Source: an uncultured bacterium
GTDB lineage: Bacteria; Patescibacteriota; Minisyncoccia; Phycocordibacterales; PALSA-1337
NCBI GenBank assembly: GCA_903872035.1
Contig: CAIQIZ010000021.1
Coordinates: forward strand, 18,157 to 82,156
DNA length: 64,000 nt
Direction: 5' to 3'
Shown here: positions 10,184 through 19,071 of the stretch, one piece after another
Layout of the letters: each line of letters begins with the position of its first letter
How positions within the stretch are numbered: position 1 is the stretch's first letter
Notes under the pieces: generated by a model
What the model was told of the DNA's origin: nothing
What the model saw: the letters and a program-made list of their open reading frames with translations, nothing else
The model's database searches: none
Translations under genes and position numbers: made by a program

Positions 10184-10559
10184 CTCTCCTATTATTAATA
10201 ATCGAAGGAGATTTTAATGCGGTTTGTAAACTAAACTGCTTACTAATTAATAATTGCCACTTCTTCCCGATCCGCGCTATCGACACGCGTCACGAAAAGG
10301 ATTTGTGGGCGAAACATGATGACTGAATCTGAAGATTGAAAATTGAAAAATTAAAAATAATTCAACTTCCAAAAGACAAATCCAATCGGACTTGCAAACA
10401 TACTTTTGTTGTAGTTTTCAAGGTCCATTCCCCATGCATGCCGCTTCGGCATATGCCTTGGGACGAGGGTACAATTTTCCGCACTACTTTGTTTAATAGG
10501 CGGGAATTACACACTCGTTACAAGCCATTATAGCCCACAACACTACGAATCTGCAAAAA

Positions 10560-10730
10560 GAGCCATGTGGATAAGTTTCCAAGCAATTTGGGTAAATATA
10601 GGTTAAATACGGCCGAAAGTCAAGGAAAGGTGCCAAAAACCACATAAGAGCGCCCTTTTGGCGCCGCAGGATTTTCCCTTCGTTGCGCTTCGCGCAAGTC
10701 GGGAAAACTGCTCCGCCAAGCGGGCGCTAT
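10560..10730. other. Structured intergenic element downstream of gene 10737..11543: branched hairpin set closed by AGCGCCC/GGGCGCT. Possible complex terminator or small RNA
   Basis: Nested inverted repeats: GCGCC-CTTTT-GGCGC; TTGCGC-TTCG-GCGCAA; outer AGCGCCC...GGGCGCT. On the minus strand a TTTTTGG run follows the outer stem. A second hairpin ATGCCG-CTT-CGGCAT lies at about 10440-10460. Confidence 0.3.
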
Positions 10731-10736
10731 AATCCG

Positions 10737-11543
10737 TCATTTTAGCGAATACCTGCTCCAACGGCGTTCACCTTCCTTTTTGACTATCCCCTTTTCTACT
10801 AATTCCAGCAATTCACGCTGGATCGTCTTCTGGCTGCAATCCTTGATGACTTTAGAGAAGTCCTTTATGGTCAAATTCGACTGCGTCTTTAGGACATTCA
10901 AAATCGTCTCCCGACGATTAGACTTTTTCTCTTGCAAACCACCTTGTCCTTTAGTGTATCGCTCTTCTCGGCCATTCTCCTGACTCCTAGCTCCTTGCTC
11001 TTGGCTCCTAGTGCTCCTACTGTCTGACTTGAACCCGCTGACAAATAAATCGGGTGTTTTGAAAAAAGACTCAGAAAGGACATAACCAGCCTTTTCGGCG
11101 CTCATAGCCAGACGATCTCGGAGCATAGATACGATGTTATCAATTTCACGGACCAACAGGCGATGATTCATCTCGGATACCAGATTGGAGATCCTGGCCA
11201 CATTCAATAGAGAGAGGGTTTCCAAGGCTGCAGTAAACAGTGACTGTATGACGATATTTTTATCGCCAGGCATAGAGCTTGATGCAGTGAAAGATGAGGA
11301 CAAAAGGTCAATACCACGATCACGCAATTCCCACTTGATAGGCTCATCGTCCTTTAGAAGTCCCGAGACCAAGTAAAGAGCAGCTGTAATCTTTTCTGTC
11401 TTTTTGAATATGTACAATAGGTATTCTTCCGCAGAGAAAAACCCCAATGTTTTCCAGTTCAATGGGTTATTGAAGGATTCTTGATTATTTGATTCTTTGT
11501 TGTCCATTATAGCTATAGGTCTGTCCTTTTGACGCCGAACCAC
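10737..11543 (-). CDS. Hypothetical protein with a C-terminal winged-helix HTH (putative transcriptional regulator). Carries an in-frame low-complexity repeat insert
   Basis: C-terminus TILNVLKTQSNLTIKDFSKVIKDCSQKTIQRELLELVEKGIVKKEG resembles a DeoR/wHTH domain. Internal tandem RSQEQGARSQENG is encoded by a CTCCTAGCTCC-type repeat at about 10965-11020. Confidence 0.5.
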   Translation of the reverse strand: MVRRQKDRPIAIMDNKESNNQESFNNPLNWKTLGFFSAEEYLLYIFKKTEKITAALYLVSGLLKDDEPIKWELRDRGIDLLSSSFTASSSMPGDKNIVIQSLFTAALETLSLLNVARISNLVSEMNHRLLVREIDNIVSMLRDRLAMSAEKAGYVLSESFFKTPDLFVSGFKSDSRSTRSQEQGARSQENGREERYTKGQGGLQEKKSNRRETILNVLKTQSNLTIKDFSKVIKDCSQKTIQRELLELVEKGIVKKEGERRWSRYSLK

Positions 11544-11622
11544 TTGTCCTATACAAAACGCGTGTTTTCCTTGTCCCTTATGTGTCCATTATAGTCGGAG
11601 TATGCTCAATTGCAAGCGGCTA

Positions 11623-11682
11623 CAGAAATCCTTCCGTTTGCCGTTGGCCCACAACGCTCAAACAGAAGGATTTCTTTCGCCA
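11623..11682. repeat. Palindromic repeat element, copy A (intergenic, upstream of ftsK): arms GAAATCCTTCCGTTTG / CAAACAGAAGGATTTC around core CCGTTGGCCCACAACGCT
   Basis: Shares the core GCCG(C/T)TGGCCCACA(A/G)CGCTC with copies at 48591, 50546, 51078 and 21198. Its inverted-repeat arms co-vary with copy B. Confidence 0.7.
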
Positions 11683-11724
11683 CGCTCATTCACTGGCAAC
11701 TGATAACACGATTTCTATTCTCAT

Positions 11725-14088
11725 ATGCTATTATTAGAGATTATGGCAAAGAAGAAAGAAAAGGACTTGGGAAAAAAGATCAGATTTTGGGATGAGATGC
11801 GCGATGAGACGGTACAGGTGATACTCTCCATATTCTCCTTCGTAATCACCATATTGACCTTGTTGGCGGCTTTTTATCATGGCGACAACAGTAACTATGC
11901 CGGTCCGATCGGCAACTTTTTCTATACTTATATGACAAAGCTTTTTGGCATCGGCTATTTCCTTGTTCCGATGGCTTTCGCCATGCTCGGTGTCTCATTC
12001 CTTCAAGGATTAAAGAAAAAGATAGAGATATCCAAGGTGCTCGGCGTCTTTCTCTTCTTCATCACCGGATTAGGCCTATTGAATATCGCCTACTCTGACG
12101 CTGGTGGCATAGTCGGTCGAACGATCGACTACCCGCTCGTGAAACTGCTCGATACCATTGCGAGCGCGATCCTCTTGGCCGCCATCCTCATTGTCGGAGT
12201 GATCATGACATTCAACTTGTATTTCACCTTCGCCGATCTACGAGAATGGAAAGAGGAAAGGAAGCTAAGACTGGAAGCAAAAGGTAAAAAGGAAGATGTC
12301 GGCAAAACAACCTCTGGTATAGACAAGAGCGAAGAGGAGTTCATAGCTCAAGCGGTAGCAAAGGCCAAGAGCGGTGGAGAATTGACGGCCCGAGAAGCCG
12401 AGGCGGCAGCTGCCAAAGCCCGTCTCGACGCAATGGAAAACAAGAAAGCAAAGACTGGAAAGCCTTTGGACACTGACGATCTTTCCGACTTCAAGACATT
12501 GGGGCTTTCGGCTGTCGCCTTGCCGCATCTCTTACCTTTCACTCCCCCACCTCTGACCTTGCTCGAAAAAGATCGTGGCAAGCCGGAGACCGGAGATATC
12601 AAAGCTAACGCTAATATAATCAAACGAACGCTGCAGAACTTCGGGATAACGGTAGAAATGGATGAGATTTCCATAGGCCCATCGGTCACTCGCTATGCCC
12701 TGAAACCGGCTGAAGGAGTGAAGCTCTCTCGGATAGTCACTTTGAACAATGATCTTTCCTTGGCTTTGGCAGCCCACCCTATCCGCATCGAAGCACCGAT
12801 CCCGGGAAAATCTCTGGTCGGCATAGAAGTACCGAACACTGCCAAGACTACCGTCGGATTGGCAACCCTTCTTTCCTCACCTGATTTTCAGGAATCAGAG
12901 AAGCCTCTATACATGTCGCTTGGTAAAGACATCACCGGAATGGCCCACTTCGCCAATCTAAGCAAAGCTCCACACATGCTCATCGCTGGAACTACTGGTT
13001 CTGGAAAATCGGTTACCATTCACGCACTTATAACTTCCCTCTTGTACCGCAACTCTCCCGAGAATATGAAGTTCATCATGATCGACCCAAAACGCGTGGA
13101 GCTGACTTTGTACAACAAGATTCCCCACCTTCTCACTCCAGTCATCACTGATCCAAAGAAGGCTATCCTGGCTCTGAAATGGGCAGCCAAAGAGATGAGC
13201 CGCCGATACGACATTTTGGAAAAGAACGCGGCTCGCGACATCGATTCATACCACAAGACGATCTTGGCGCCGGCATTGGCAGCCTGGAGCAAGGAGGAAG
13301 GAGCAAACAGGAAGAAGGAAGGGGATCCTGGCTCCTCACTCCTAGCTCCTAGCTCCTTGCCCGAGACAATGCCGTTCATTGTGATCGTCATCGATGAGTT
13401 GGCTGATATCATGCAGACCTACCCACGCGAACTGGAAGCAGCTATAGTTCGGTTGGCGCAGATGAGCCGGGCCGTCGGCATCCATCTTGTCATCTCCACC
13501 CAAAGACCGAGTGTCAACGTCATCACCGGTCTCATCAAGGCGAATATCCCTTCTCGCATCGCCCTACAAGTCTCTTCGCAGATCGATTCACGGACTATCC
13601 TCGATCAAATGGGCGCCGAAAAGTTGCTTGGCGCTGGCGATATGCTCTATCTGGGCGGCGAGATGTCCAAGCCGGTCCGCTTGCAATCAGCTTTCATCTC
13701 CGAATCTGAAGTCAAACGCGTCGTCAAATTCCTGACCGACCAATATCGCGACGAGATCATGAATGAGATCAACTTGACCCCGACAGAAGCCGGAGCTTCA
13801 GCTGCTTTCGATGCCATGACCGGAGACGACTCTCTGGAAGAGGAAGATGAGCTCTACGAGGCCGCTCGAGAAGAAGTCACCTCTGCCGGCAAAGCTTCAA
13901 CATCGTATATTCAAAGAAAATTGGGAGTCGGCTATTCGCGGGCCGCCAAGCTCATGGATCTCCTGGAAGAACATGGTGTCATCGGGCCTGCTAATGGATC
14001 TAAGCCTAGAGAGATCATCGGAGTCGGAGCAGGACTTGAGCAGGAAGTTCCAAAAATTGAAACTACTGAAACCACAGAAAGTTCATAA
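11725..14088 (+). CDS. ftsK: DNA translocase FtsK/SpoIIIE
   Basis: N-terminal TM helices; Walker A MLIAGTTGSGKSV; Walker B VIVIDELAD; C-terminal gamma wHTH domain. An in-frame low-complexity insert GDPGSSLLAPSSLP (nt about 13321-13362) is encoded by a CTCCTAGCTCC repeat. Alternative start at 11743. Confidence 0.85.
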   Translation: MLLLEIMAKKKEKDLGKKIRFWDEMRDETVQVILSIFSFVITILTLLAAFYHGDNSNYAGPIGNFFYTYMTKLFGIGYFLVPMAFAMLGVSFLQGLKKKIEISKVLGVFLFFITGLGLLNIAYSDAGGIVGRTIDYPLVKLLDTIASAILLAAILIVGVIMTFNLYFTFADLREWKEERKLRLEAKGKKEDVGKTTSGIDKSEEEFIAQAVAKAKSGGELTAREAEAAAAKARLDAMENKKAKTGKPLDTDDLSDFKTLGLSAVALPHLLPFTPPPLTLLEKDRGKPETGDIKANANIIKRTLQNFGITVEMDEISIGPSVTRYALKPAEGVKLSRIVTLNNDLSLALAAHPIRIEAPIPGKSLVGIEVPNTAKTTVGLATLLSSPDFQESEKPLYMSLGKDITGMAHFANLSKAPHMLIAGTTGSGKSVTIHALITSLLYRNSPENMKFIMIDPKRVELTLYNKIPHLLTPVITDPKKAILALKWAAKEMSRRYDILEKNAARDIDSYHKTILAPALAAWSKEEGANRKKEGDPGSSLLAPSSLPETMPFIVIVIDELADIMQTYPRELEAAIVRLAQMSRAVGIHLVISTQRPSVNVITGLIKANIPSRIALQVSSQIDSRTILDQMGAEKLLGAGDMLYLGGEMSKPVRLQSAFISESEVKRVVKFLTDQYRDEIMNEINLTPTEAGASAAFDAMTGDDSLEEEDELYEAAREEVTSAGKASTSYIQRKLGVGYSRAAKLMDLLEEHGVIGPANGSKPREIIGVGAGLEQEVPKIETTETTESS

Positions 14089-14117
14089 AGTCAGAAAGTT
14101 TTAAAGTTCGTAAAGTC

Positions 14118-14462
14118 ATGAAGATTGAAAGATTCGAAGACATAATAACCTGGCAGAAAGCTAAGGAACTTAGTTTGCTTTGTTATGTACTCTTTAAGAA
14201 CAATAAGGACTTTAAATACAGAGATCAGATACTATCTGCGGTTGTTTCTATTATGAATAATATCGCCGAGGGATTCGAAAGAAAAGGAAATGTGGAATTA
14301 AAACGATTCCTATTTATAGCAAAAGGTTCTTCGGGTGAAGTTAGATCTATGCTATATTTGGCCCTCGAATTGAAATATATTTCCGAGCAAGATTTTAATA
14401 AATGCTATAACCTTGCTTTAGATGTGTCCAAAATGCTTTCTGGCTTTATTAAGACTTTATGA
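14118..14462 (+). CDS. Four-helix-bundle protein of the 23S rRNA intervening-sequence protein / Avd family (PF05635, TIGR02436-like)
   Basis: ITWQKAKEL...NIAEGFERKG..ELKRFLFIAKGSSGEVRSMLYLALEL.YI matches the conserved pattern of the family. Flanked by inverted AAAGTT/CTTTATGAAC-type repeats at 14077-14117 and 14454-14500. Confidence 0.75.
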   Translation: MKIERFEDIITWQKAKELSLLCYVLFKNNKDFKYRDQILSAVVSIMNNIAEGFERKGNVELKRFLFIAKGSSGEVRSMLYLALELKYISEQDFNKCYNLALDVSKMLSGFIKTL

Positions 14463-14481
14463 ACTTTCTAACTTGTCACTT

Positions 14482-14907
14482 TACGAACTTATGACTTTGA
14501 CTCGCACCAACACCCTTCGTCTTATCCGATTCATCGGCATCGGTCTCATCGTGACATTAATAGTGGTTTACGCTATCTGGCGCTCTTTGAATTACGCCCG
14601 TGGACCCGAGATAGATGTCTTCGATCCGTCGAATGGATCTTCCATGAGTTCCTCAACAGTCGCTATCCATGGACGCGCCCTACGTGTAAATAACTTATTT
14701 TTGAATGGAAATGCGGTTTCGGTCGATCAGCAAGGCAATTTCAGCGAGACGGTCATCGTCTTTCCCGGCATGAACGTCCTTACATTGACCGGACAGGATC
14801 AATTCGGAAGGAATACAAGAAAAGAATTGGAAATCGTCGGAATGGTTAATCTACCGATGGCTCATTCATTGATCCCGCCTGTGACATCGACTAGCACGCA
14901 GCAATAG
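14482..14907 (+). CDS. Hypothetical membrane-anchored protein (the track ORF starts at 14422 and overlaps the upstream gene; the likely start is MTLTRTN at 14482)
   Basis: N-terminal TM LIRFIGIGLIVTLIVVYAIW, then a soluble domain. No recognisable family. Confidence 0.45.
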   Translation, partial: YELMTLTRTNTLRLIRFIGIGLIVTLIVVYAIWRSLNYARGPEIDVFDPSNGSSMSSSTVAIHGRALRVNNLFLNGNAVSVDQQGNFSETVIVFPGMNVLTLTGQDQFGRNTRKELEIVGMVNLPMAHSLIPPVTSTSTQQ

Positions 14908-15030
14908 TTCGTAAAGCTAGAAAGTTTGTAAAGTTCATAAAGCCTTTGAAAGCTGACTTTCGGTGCGATACTTTATGAACTTTTAAACTTGTAACTTTCA
15001 AACTTCTGCTGTTGTAACTTTTCATAAAAT
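14906..15030. repeat. Intergenic hairpin repeat of the AAAGTT / CTTTATGAAC family (solo inverted repeat without ORF)
   Basis: GTTTGTAAAGTTCATAAAG ... CTTTATGAACTTTTAAAC inverted repeat. The 10-mer CTTTATGAAC is shared with repeats at 14077-14117, 14454-14500 and 18464-18565. Confidence 0.6.
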
Positions 15031-15140
15031 GGTATTATTGCCATACGCCTGTACATTATTATTTTGCAAATATTCCTTCCATAACTCGAAGCCTGCTCGA
15101 GAACGGAAGGTATTTTGTAATTTCTAACAAGAATTAACCT

Positions 15141-16274
15141 ATGCCAGCAAATAAAATAGCGAGTACGAAATTGAAAACAAAAAATGAGGACGCTTCCCTA
15201 GTTACCGCCGACATTGTGCCGACCAAAGAAGCCGCCGAGACCGCCAATCAAAAAAAGGCAACCGATGCTGCCAAGAAAATCGTCGACCGCCAAGCAGCCG
15301 GCCAAGCCGGGATCAGAGATGCCCTAGATGCGATCCGCACCAAATTCGGCGAAGATTCGATAATGAAGCTGGGTGAAAAACCTAAAGTTAACGTCAACGC
15401 TGTACCGACCGGATCACTCGGCCTCGATTGGGCCTTGGGGATCGGTGGTATGCCTAGAGGACGCATTATAGAGATATTCGGTCCGGAATCGTCCGGCAAG
15501 ACTACCCTGGCGCTACACGTAGTCGCTGAAGCCCAAAAGCTCGGCGGCATTTGTGCTTATATCGATGCTGAACACGCCATGGACCCTGAGTACGCCAAGC
15601 GCTTGGGAGTAAAGATAGACGACCTGCTCATTTCCCAACCAGACACAGGTGAACAAGCTTTGGAGATCGTCGAGAGTTTGATCCGCACCGGCAAGATGGA
15701 CGTGGTCGTCATCGATTCCGTTGCCGCCCTAACACCTAAAGCTGAAATCGAAGGTGATATGGGGGCTCACCATATCGGAACTCAAGCGCGCCTAATGTCC
15801 CAAGCCCTCCGCAAACTTACAGCGATCGTGGCTAAGTCAAAAACCATAGTAATATTCATCAACCAGATCCGCATGCAGATAGGAGTGATGTTCGGCAATC
15901 CAGAAACGACTCCGGGTGGCAAGGCTTTGAAATTCTATGCTTCGGTCCGTTTAGACATCCGCCGTATAGCCCAGATCAAGAAAGGTGAAGAGATCATGGG
16001 TGGACGTTGCCGAGTCAAAGTCGTTAAGAATAAGGTTGCGGCGCCATTCAAGCAGACTGAATTCGATCTCATGTATAACGAAGGTATCTCTCAAGAGGGT
16101 GAGATCATTGCTCTTGGAGAGAAATATGAATTGCTTCAAAAGACTGGCTCTTCCTATTCATTCGGCGAAACTAAACTTGGACGCGGCTATGATGCTACTA
16201 GACAATTCTTGAAAGAGAATCCGAAAGTGCGTGAAGAGATTCTTGGTAAGATACGAGAAAAACTGAACGCGTAA
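15141..16274 (+). CDS. recA: Recombinase RecA (with an N-terminal extension of about 45 aa)
   Basis: [20 protein letters not shown] Walker A; L2/L1 loop regions; C-terminus conserved. The N-terminal extension precedes the canonical AL.AI..FG.DSIM motif. Confidence 0.9.
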   Translation: MPANKIASTKLKTKNEDASLVTADIVPTKEAAETANQKKATDAAKKIVDRQAAGQAGIRDALDAIRTKFGEDSIMKLGEKPKVNVNAVPTGSLGLDWALGIGGMPRGRIIEIFGPESSGKTTLALHVVAEAQKLGGICAYIDAEHAMDPEYAKRLGVKIDDLLISQPDTGEQALEIVESLIRTGKMDVVVIDSVAALTPKAEIEGDMGAHHIGTQARLMSQALRKLTAIVAKSKTIVIFINQIRMQIGVMFGNPETTPGGKALKFYASVRLDIRRIAQIKKGEEIMGGRCRVKVVKNKVAAPFKQTEFDLMYNEGISQEGEIIALGEKYELLQKTGSSYSFGETKLGRGYDATRQFLKENPKVREEILGKIREKLNA

Positions 16275-16294
16275 ATCAAGATATCCAGACACTT

Positions 16295-16340
16295 CCCCAC
16301 CTCGCTTACCTACCAAATAAGTGGTGGGGTTTTGTCTTTT
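16295..16340 (+). terminator. Rho-independent terminator of recA
   Basis: CCCCACC...GGTGGGG stem followed by TTTTGTCTTTT. Confidence 0.75.
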
Positions 16341-16405
16341 ATGTCGCCTATGCTACTGTCTGGTCTGAACACCCAAACTGCACAATAAAAGAAAGTGAAC
16401 TCATT

Positions 16406-16798
16406 ATGAATTGCTCCATTATAGGTTGGTGGAACCAGCCTGATTTCCACACGCTAGCAATAGTCAAGAACCGCGCAGGAGTTGTGTCCATAGACAATTC
16501 ACACGTTTTTTCCGGGATTCTATTTGTCCACAAGGATGGCCACATCGACGAGAGCGTTTCCCTCTTGATCGACAAGAATGGCCTTGCAACGTTGTCGAAC
16601 GCAAGGATTGACCTTATAATCGGAACTATCTCGTTCATCAAAACATACGTGAGACGAAATGACTCTATTTTCTATCAAGCCTCCTACGTGGAGAAAGACC
16701 GCTGCTGGCGCGGCGAATTCAATGGCGAAGCGACCGGCCACGGAACAACAGCTTTCGTCATCCAGGAACTACCGGACTCTTTGTTCGTCGAAGATTGA
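16406..16798 (+). CDS. Hypothetical protein
   Basis: Longest ORF in the recA-efp gap. Antisense ORFs on the minus strand (16348..16641, 16520..16741) are shorter and overlap the recA terminator. No family recognised. Confidence 0.35.
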   Translation: MNCSIIGWWNQPDFHTLAIVKNRAGVVSIDNSHVFSGILFVHKDGHIDESVSLLIDKNGLATLSNARIDLIIGTISFIKTYVRRNDSIFYQASYVEKDRCWRGEFNGEATGHGTTAFVIQELPDSLFVED

Positions 16799-16936
16799 AG
16801 TTAGCACAGCCCGCCTTTGGGCAAATGGGGTGTTGAGTATCGACACCCCTTTTTTATTTACATTTTGCTTTTTCCTCTGAAACCGTATAGAATGGCTCAA
16901 TCACCTTATTATTCACCATTTACCCATCAATACACT

Positions 16937-17503
16937 ATGTCCCTACTCGAATACAACGAAGTAACTGAGAAGAAATTTATCGTCTTGGACGGCCAGCCTT
17001 ATGAAGTGCTCTCATCTCACGTCTTCCGCAAGCAGCAAAGAAAGCCGGTTAACGCTACCAAGCTGAAGAACCTCATGTCCGGCAAGGTCACAGAGTATTC
17101 TTTCCATCAATCAGAAAAGATCGAGGAAGCTGAGATCGAATCCCGTGAAGTAAAATACTTGTATAACAACCGTGGCGAATGGTGGTTCAGCGAAGATAAA
17201 GATCCGACCAAGCGCTTCAAAGTCACCAACGAGAACGTGGGTCCGCAAGGACGCTTTCTCAAAGCCAATACGGTCGTTGAACAACTCCTCTTCAAAGACC
17301 AGCCTATGGGCTTCAAAATGCCTATAAATGCCGAACTGAAAGTCACCGAAGCTCCACCAAATGTCAAAGGTGATACAGCGACTGGTGGCCAGAAGACGGT
17401 CACCTTGGAAACTGGCGCCACCATCAACGTTCCCCTCTTTGTTAACGAAGGCGATGTGATTAAGATCAATACGGACACGGGAGAGTATCGAGAGCGAGTT
17501 TAG
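16937..17503 (+). CDS. efp: Translation elongation factor P
   Basis: KLKNLMSGKVTEYSF...REVKYLYNNRGEWWF...VKGDTATGGQKTVTLETGATINVPLFVNEGDVIKINTDTGEY matches EF-P. The start is taken at MSLLEYNE (16937) rather than the track ORF start at 16817. Confidence 0.85.
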   Translation: MSLLEYNEVTEKKFIVLDGQPYEVLSSHVFRKQQRKPVNATKLKNLMSGKVTEYSFHQSEKIEEAEIESREVKYLYNNRGEWWFSEDKDPTKRFKVTNENVGPQGRFLKANTVVEQLLFKDQPMGFKMPINAELKVTEAPPNVKGDTATGGQKTVTLETGATINVPLFVNEGDVIKINTDTGEYRERV

Positions 17504-17511
17504 GAAATAGA

Positions 17512-17663
17512 AGCTCAGCAAACAAAGTCTTCGAGCCGAGTCGCAATGCGATTTGAGCCATGAACAAATTGCCCGTATGTGCTGAATCCTTGGAAGCACA
17601 TACGGGTGCAATTTGGAATGGCGACCTTGCGAGGAGGTGAGAAGACCTTGTTTGCTGAGCTTA
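17512..17663. other. About 150-nt near-perfect extended palindrome in the efp 3' region (nested stems; inner perfect 12-bp hairpin CCCGTATGTGCT/AGCACATACGGG)
   Basis: Outer arms AGCTCAGCAAACAAAGTCTTC (17512-17532) and GAAGACCTTGTTTGCTGAGCT (17643-17663). Inner stem CAAATTGCCCGTATGTGCT-GAATCCTTGGA-AGCACATACGGGTGCAATTTG (17565-17615). Confidence 0.5.
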
Positions 17664-17694
17664 AGATTTTTGCGCTAGAACTCATCGAGGATTA

Positions 17695-17722
17695 GAAAAA
17701 TCCCCTGCCCGGGGATTTTTCG
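17695..17722. terminator. Bidirectional rho-independent terminator between convergent efp(+) and rpsR(-)
   Basis: GAAAAATCCCC-TGCCC-GGGGATTTTTC: perfect 10-bp stem with A/T runs on both sides. Confidence 0.8.
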
Positions 17723-17754
17723 TGTCTCTGAATGACCACCTCCGCAAGTTTCAC

Positions 17755-17958
17755 TTAGCTAGCTACGAAAGGCAGAAGTCCCATGAACCTTGCACGCTTC
17801 ACAGCAGTGGCGAGTTGGCGCTGATACTTGGCGGCGATGCCAGTGCGCTTGCGACTAAGGATGCGTCCGTGCGGATTCAAGAACTTCCTCAGGATCTCTG
17901 TATCCTTGTAGTCGATGAATTTGATGTTGTGTTGGCTAAAATAGCATTGTTTCTTCAT
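17755..17958 (-). CDS. rpsR: 30S ribosomal protein S18
   Basis: 67 aa; ...ILRKFLNPHGRILSRKRTGIAAKYQRQLATAVKRARFMGLLPF matches S18. Confidence 0.9.
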   Translation of the reverse strand: MKKQCYFSQHNIKFIDYKDTEILRKFLNPHGRILSRKRTGIAAKYQRQLATAVKRARFMGLLPFVAS

Positions 17959-17979
17959 GTTGATGATTTGATTATAGGA

Positions 17980-18462
17980 TTAAAACGGTATGTCGTCAGG
18001 ATTGATCTCTTCCTTCGGATATTCGATGGCTTCGCCAGGCGCGGCTCCCTTTTCATCAGAGATACCTTCTGGCACAGCCCCTTCAGAAACCGCCGCCTTG
18101 GTAGCATTAGATGGGCTTGAACCGGCGCTTCCAGGACCCTTCCAACCAAACTGTATATTGTCAGCAATGATCTCTGTGCGATATCTTTTCTCGCCATTTG
18201 GAGTTTCCCAGGAACGAGTCTGGAGGCGGCCTTCGACGAGAGCTTGCTGCCCCTTCTTCAAATATTGAGCTGACAATTCGCCGAGTTTGGCAAAGGCTAC
18301 AACGTTGTGAAACTCAGTAGTATCCTTGAGGACACCCTCTTTATCCTTATATTTTCGATTGGTGGCAACGCTCAGATTGGCGACCTTCGTTCCGGATGGC
18401 AAGGCCTTCAATTCCGGATCGCGGGTCAGATTACCTATGAGATATACTTTATTTAGGTACAT
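17980..18462 (-). CDS. ssb: Single-stranded DNA-binding protein
   Basis: OB-fold N-terminus MYLNKVYLIGNLTRDPEL...FHNVVAFAKLGE. Gly/Ser-rich linker and acidic tail DDIPF. Confidence 0.9.
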   Translation of the reverse strand: MYLNKVYLIGNLTRDPELKALPSGTKVANLSVATNRKYKDKEGVLKDTTEFHNVVAFAKLGELSAQYLKKGQQALVEGRLQTRSWETPNGEKRYRTEIIADNIQFGWKGPGSAGSSPSNATKAAVSEGAVPEGISDEKGAAPGEAIEYPKEEINPDDIPF

Positions 18463-18463
18463 G

Positions 18464-18565
18464 TTATTTATAAGTTAGAAAGTTTACAAGTTTGAAAGTT
18501 GCAAGTTATTTTATGCCGGACTTTATGAACCTTCTAACTTGATGAACTTTATAAACTGTTAATGT
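18464..18565. repeat. Intergenic AAAGTT / CTTTATGAAC-family hairpin repeat between rpsF and ssb
   Basis: AAGTTAGAAAGTT ... AACCTTCTAACTT inverted repeat plus CTTTATGAAC / GATGAACTTTATAAAC. Confidence 0.55.
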
Positions 18566-18567
18566 GA

Positions 18568-19071
18568 TTACACCTCTTTGACCATTTCATCTATGCTCTT
18601 ATCCATCTCTTCGATGGTTGCAGGAGCAGCATCCTTCTTCTCGATTGGAGCAGCATCAACTCCCTTGATAACTGGCCGTTTCAAGGTCAGGTTGGCGACC
18701 ACTTCAGCGGCGCGCTTGCCGAGATAAGTGTTCTCTCGAACCGTGGTAATGAGGAGCATTCGTAAGACAGTCGGGATGAGCGAGACGGCATTCTTTACAG
18801 CCTCAACCTTGAGAGAAGAGACCTCGAACTTGACCCATCCAAAATATGCCTCCTCATACTTCTCGTACGAACCGGCAACAGTCTTCCGACGCATCGTATA
18901 AGCCAGATGCTCTCGATGCGGCATCTCTTCGGCTATGACTTCAGCTCCGGAATCAACGATTATCTTCTTAACCTTATCAGTTTCAGCTCCGACTTGATCT
19001 TCCGGAACCGACGAAATGATGAGGTACCCTATCTCGTAGACCGCTAGGCGGTCATCATGAATATCATTCAT
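18568..19071 (-). CDS. rpsF: 30S ribosomal protein S6 (with C-terminal extension)
   Basis: N-terminal 95 aa match S6 (YEIGYLI...EHLAYTMRRK...G.Y). rpsF-ssb-rpsR is the classic operon order. Confidence 0.8.
   Translation of the reverse strand: MNDIHDDRLAVYEIGYLIISSVPEDQVGAETDKVKKIIVDSGAEVIAEEMPHREHLAYTMRRKTVAGSYEKYEEAYFGWVKFEVSSLKVEAVKNAVSLIPTVLRMLLITTVRENTYLGKRAAEVVANLTLKRPVIKGVDAAPIEKKDAAPATIEEMDKSIDEMVKEV

Noticed and set aside
10184-10736. Possible RNase P RNA, tmRNA or SRP RNA in the long intergenic gap (and likewise in 41306..41651 and 19072..19399)
   Set aside because: The conserved cores were looked for (RNase P GGAAAGTCCGGGC / GGTAAGAGCGCACC, tmRNA GGGG...TTCGAATCC-like 3' end, SRP GGAAGGAAGCAGCC) and not found. 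A GGGGAAAGTCC string at about 33450 lies inside recO on the coding strand and is judged coincidental.
11610-11795. 61-aa plus-strand ORF upstream of ftsK
   Set aside because: It spans palindromic repeat copy A and the ftsK start region and is almost certainly non-coding.
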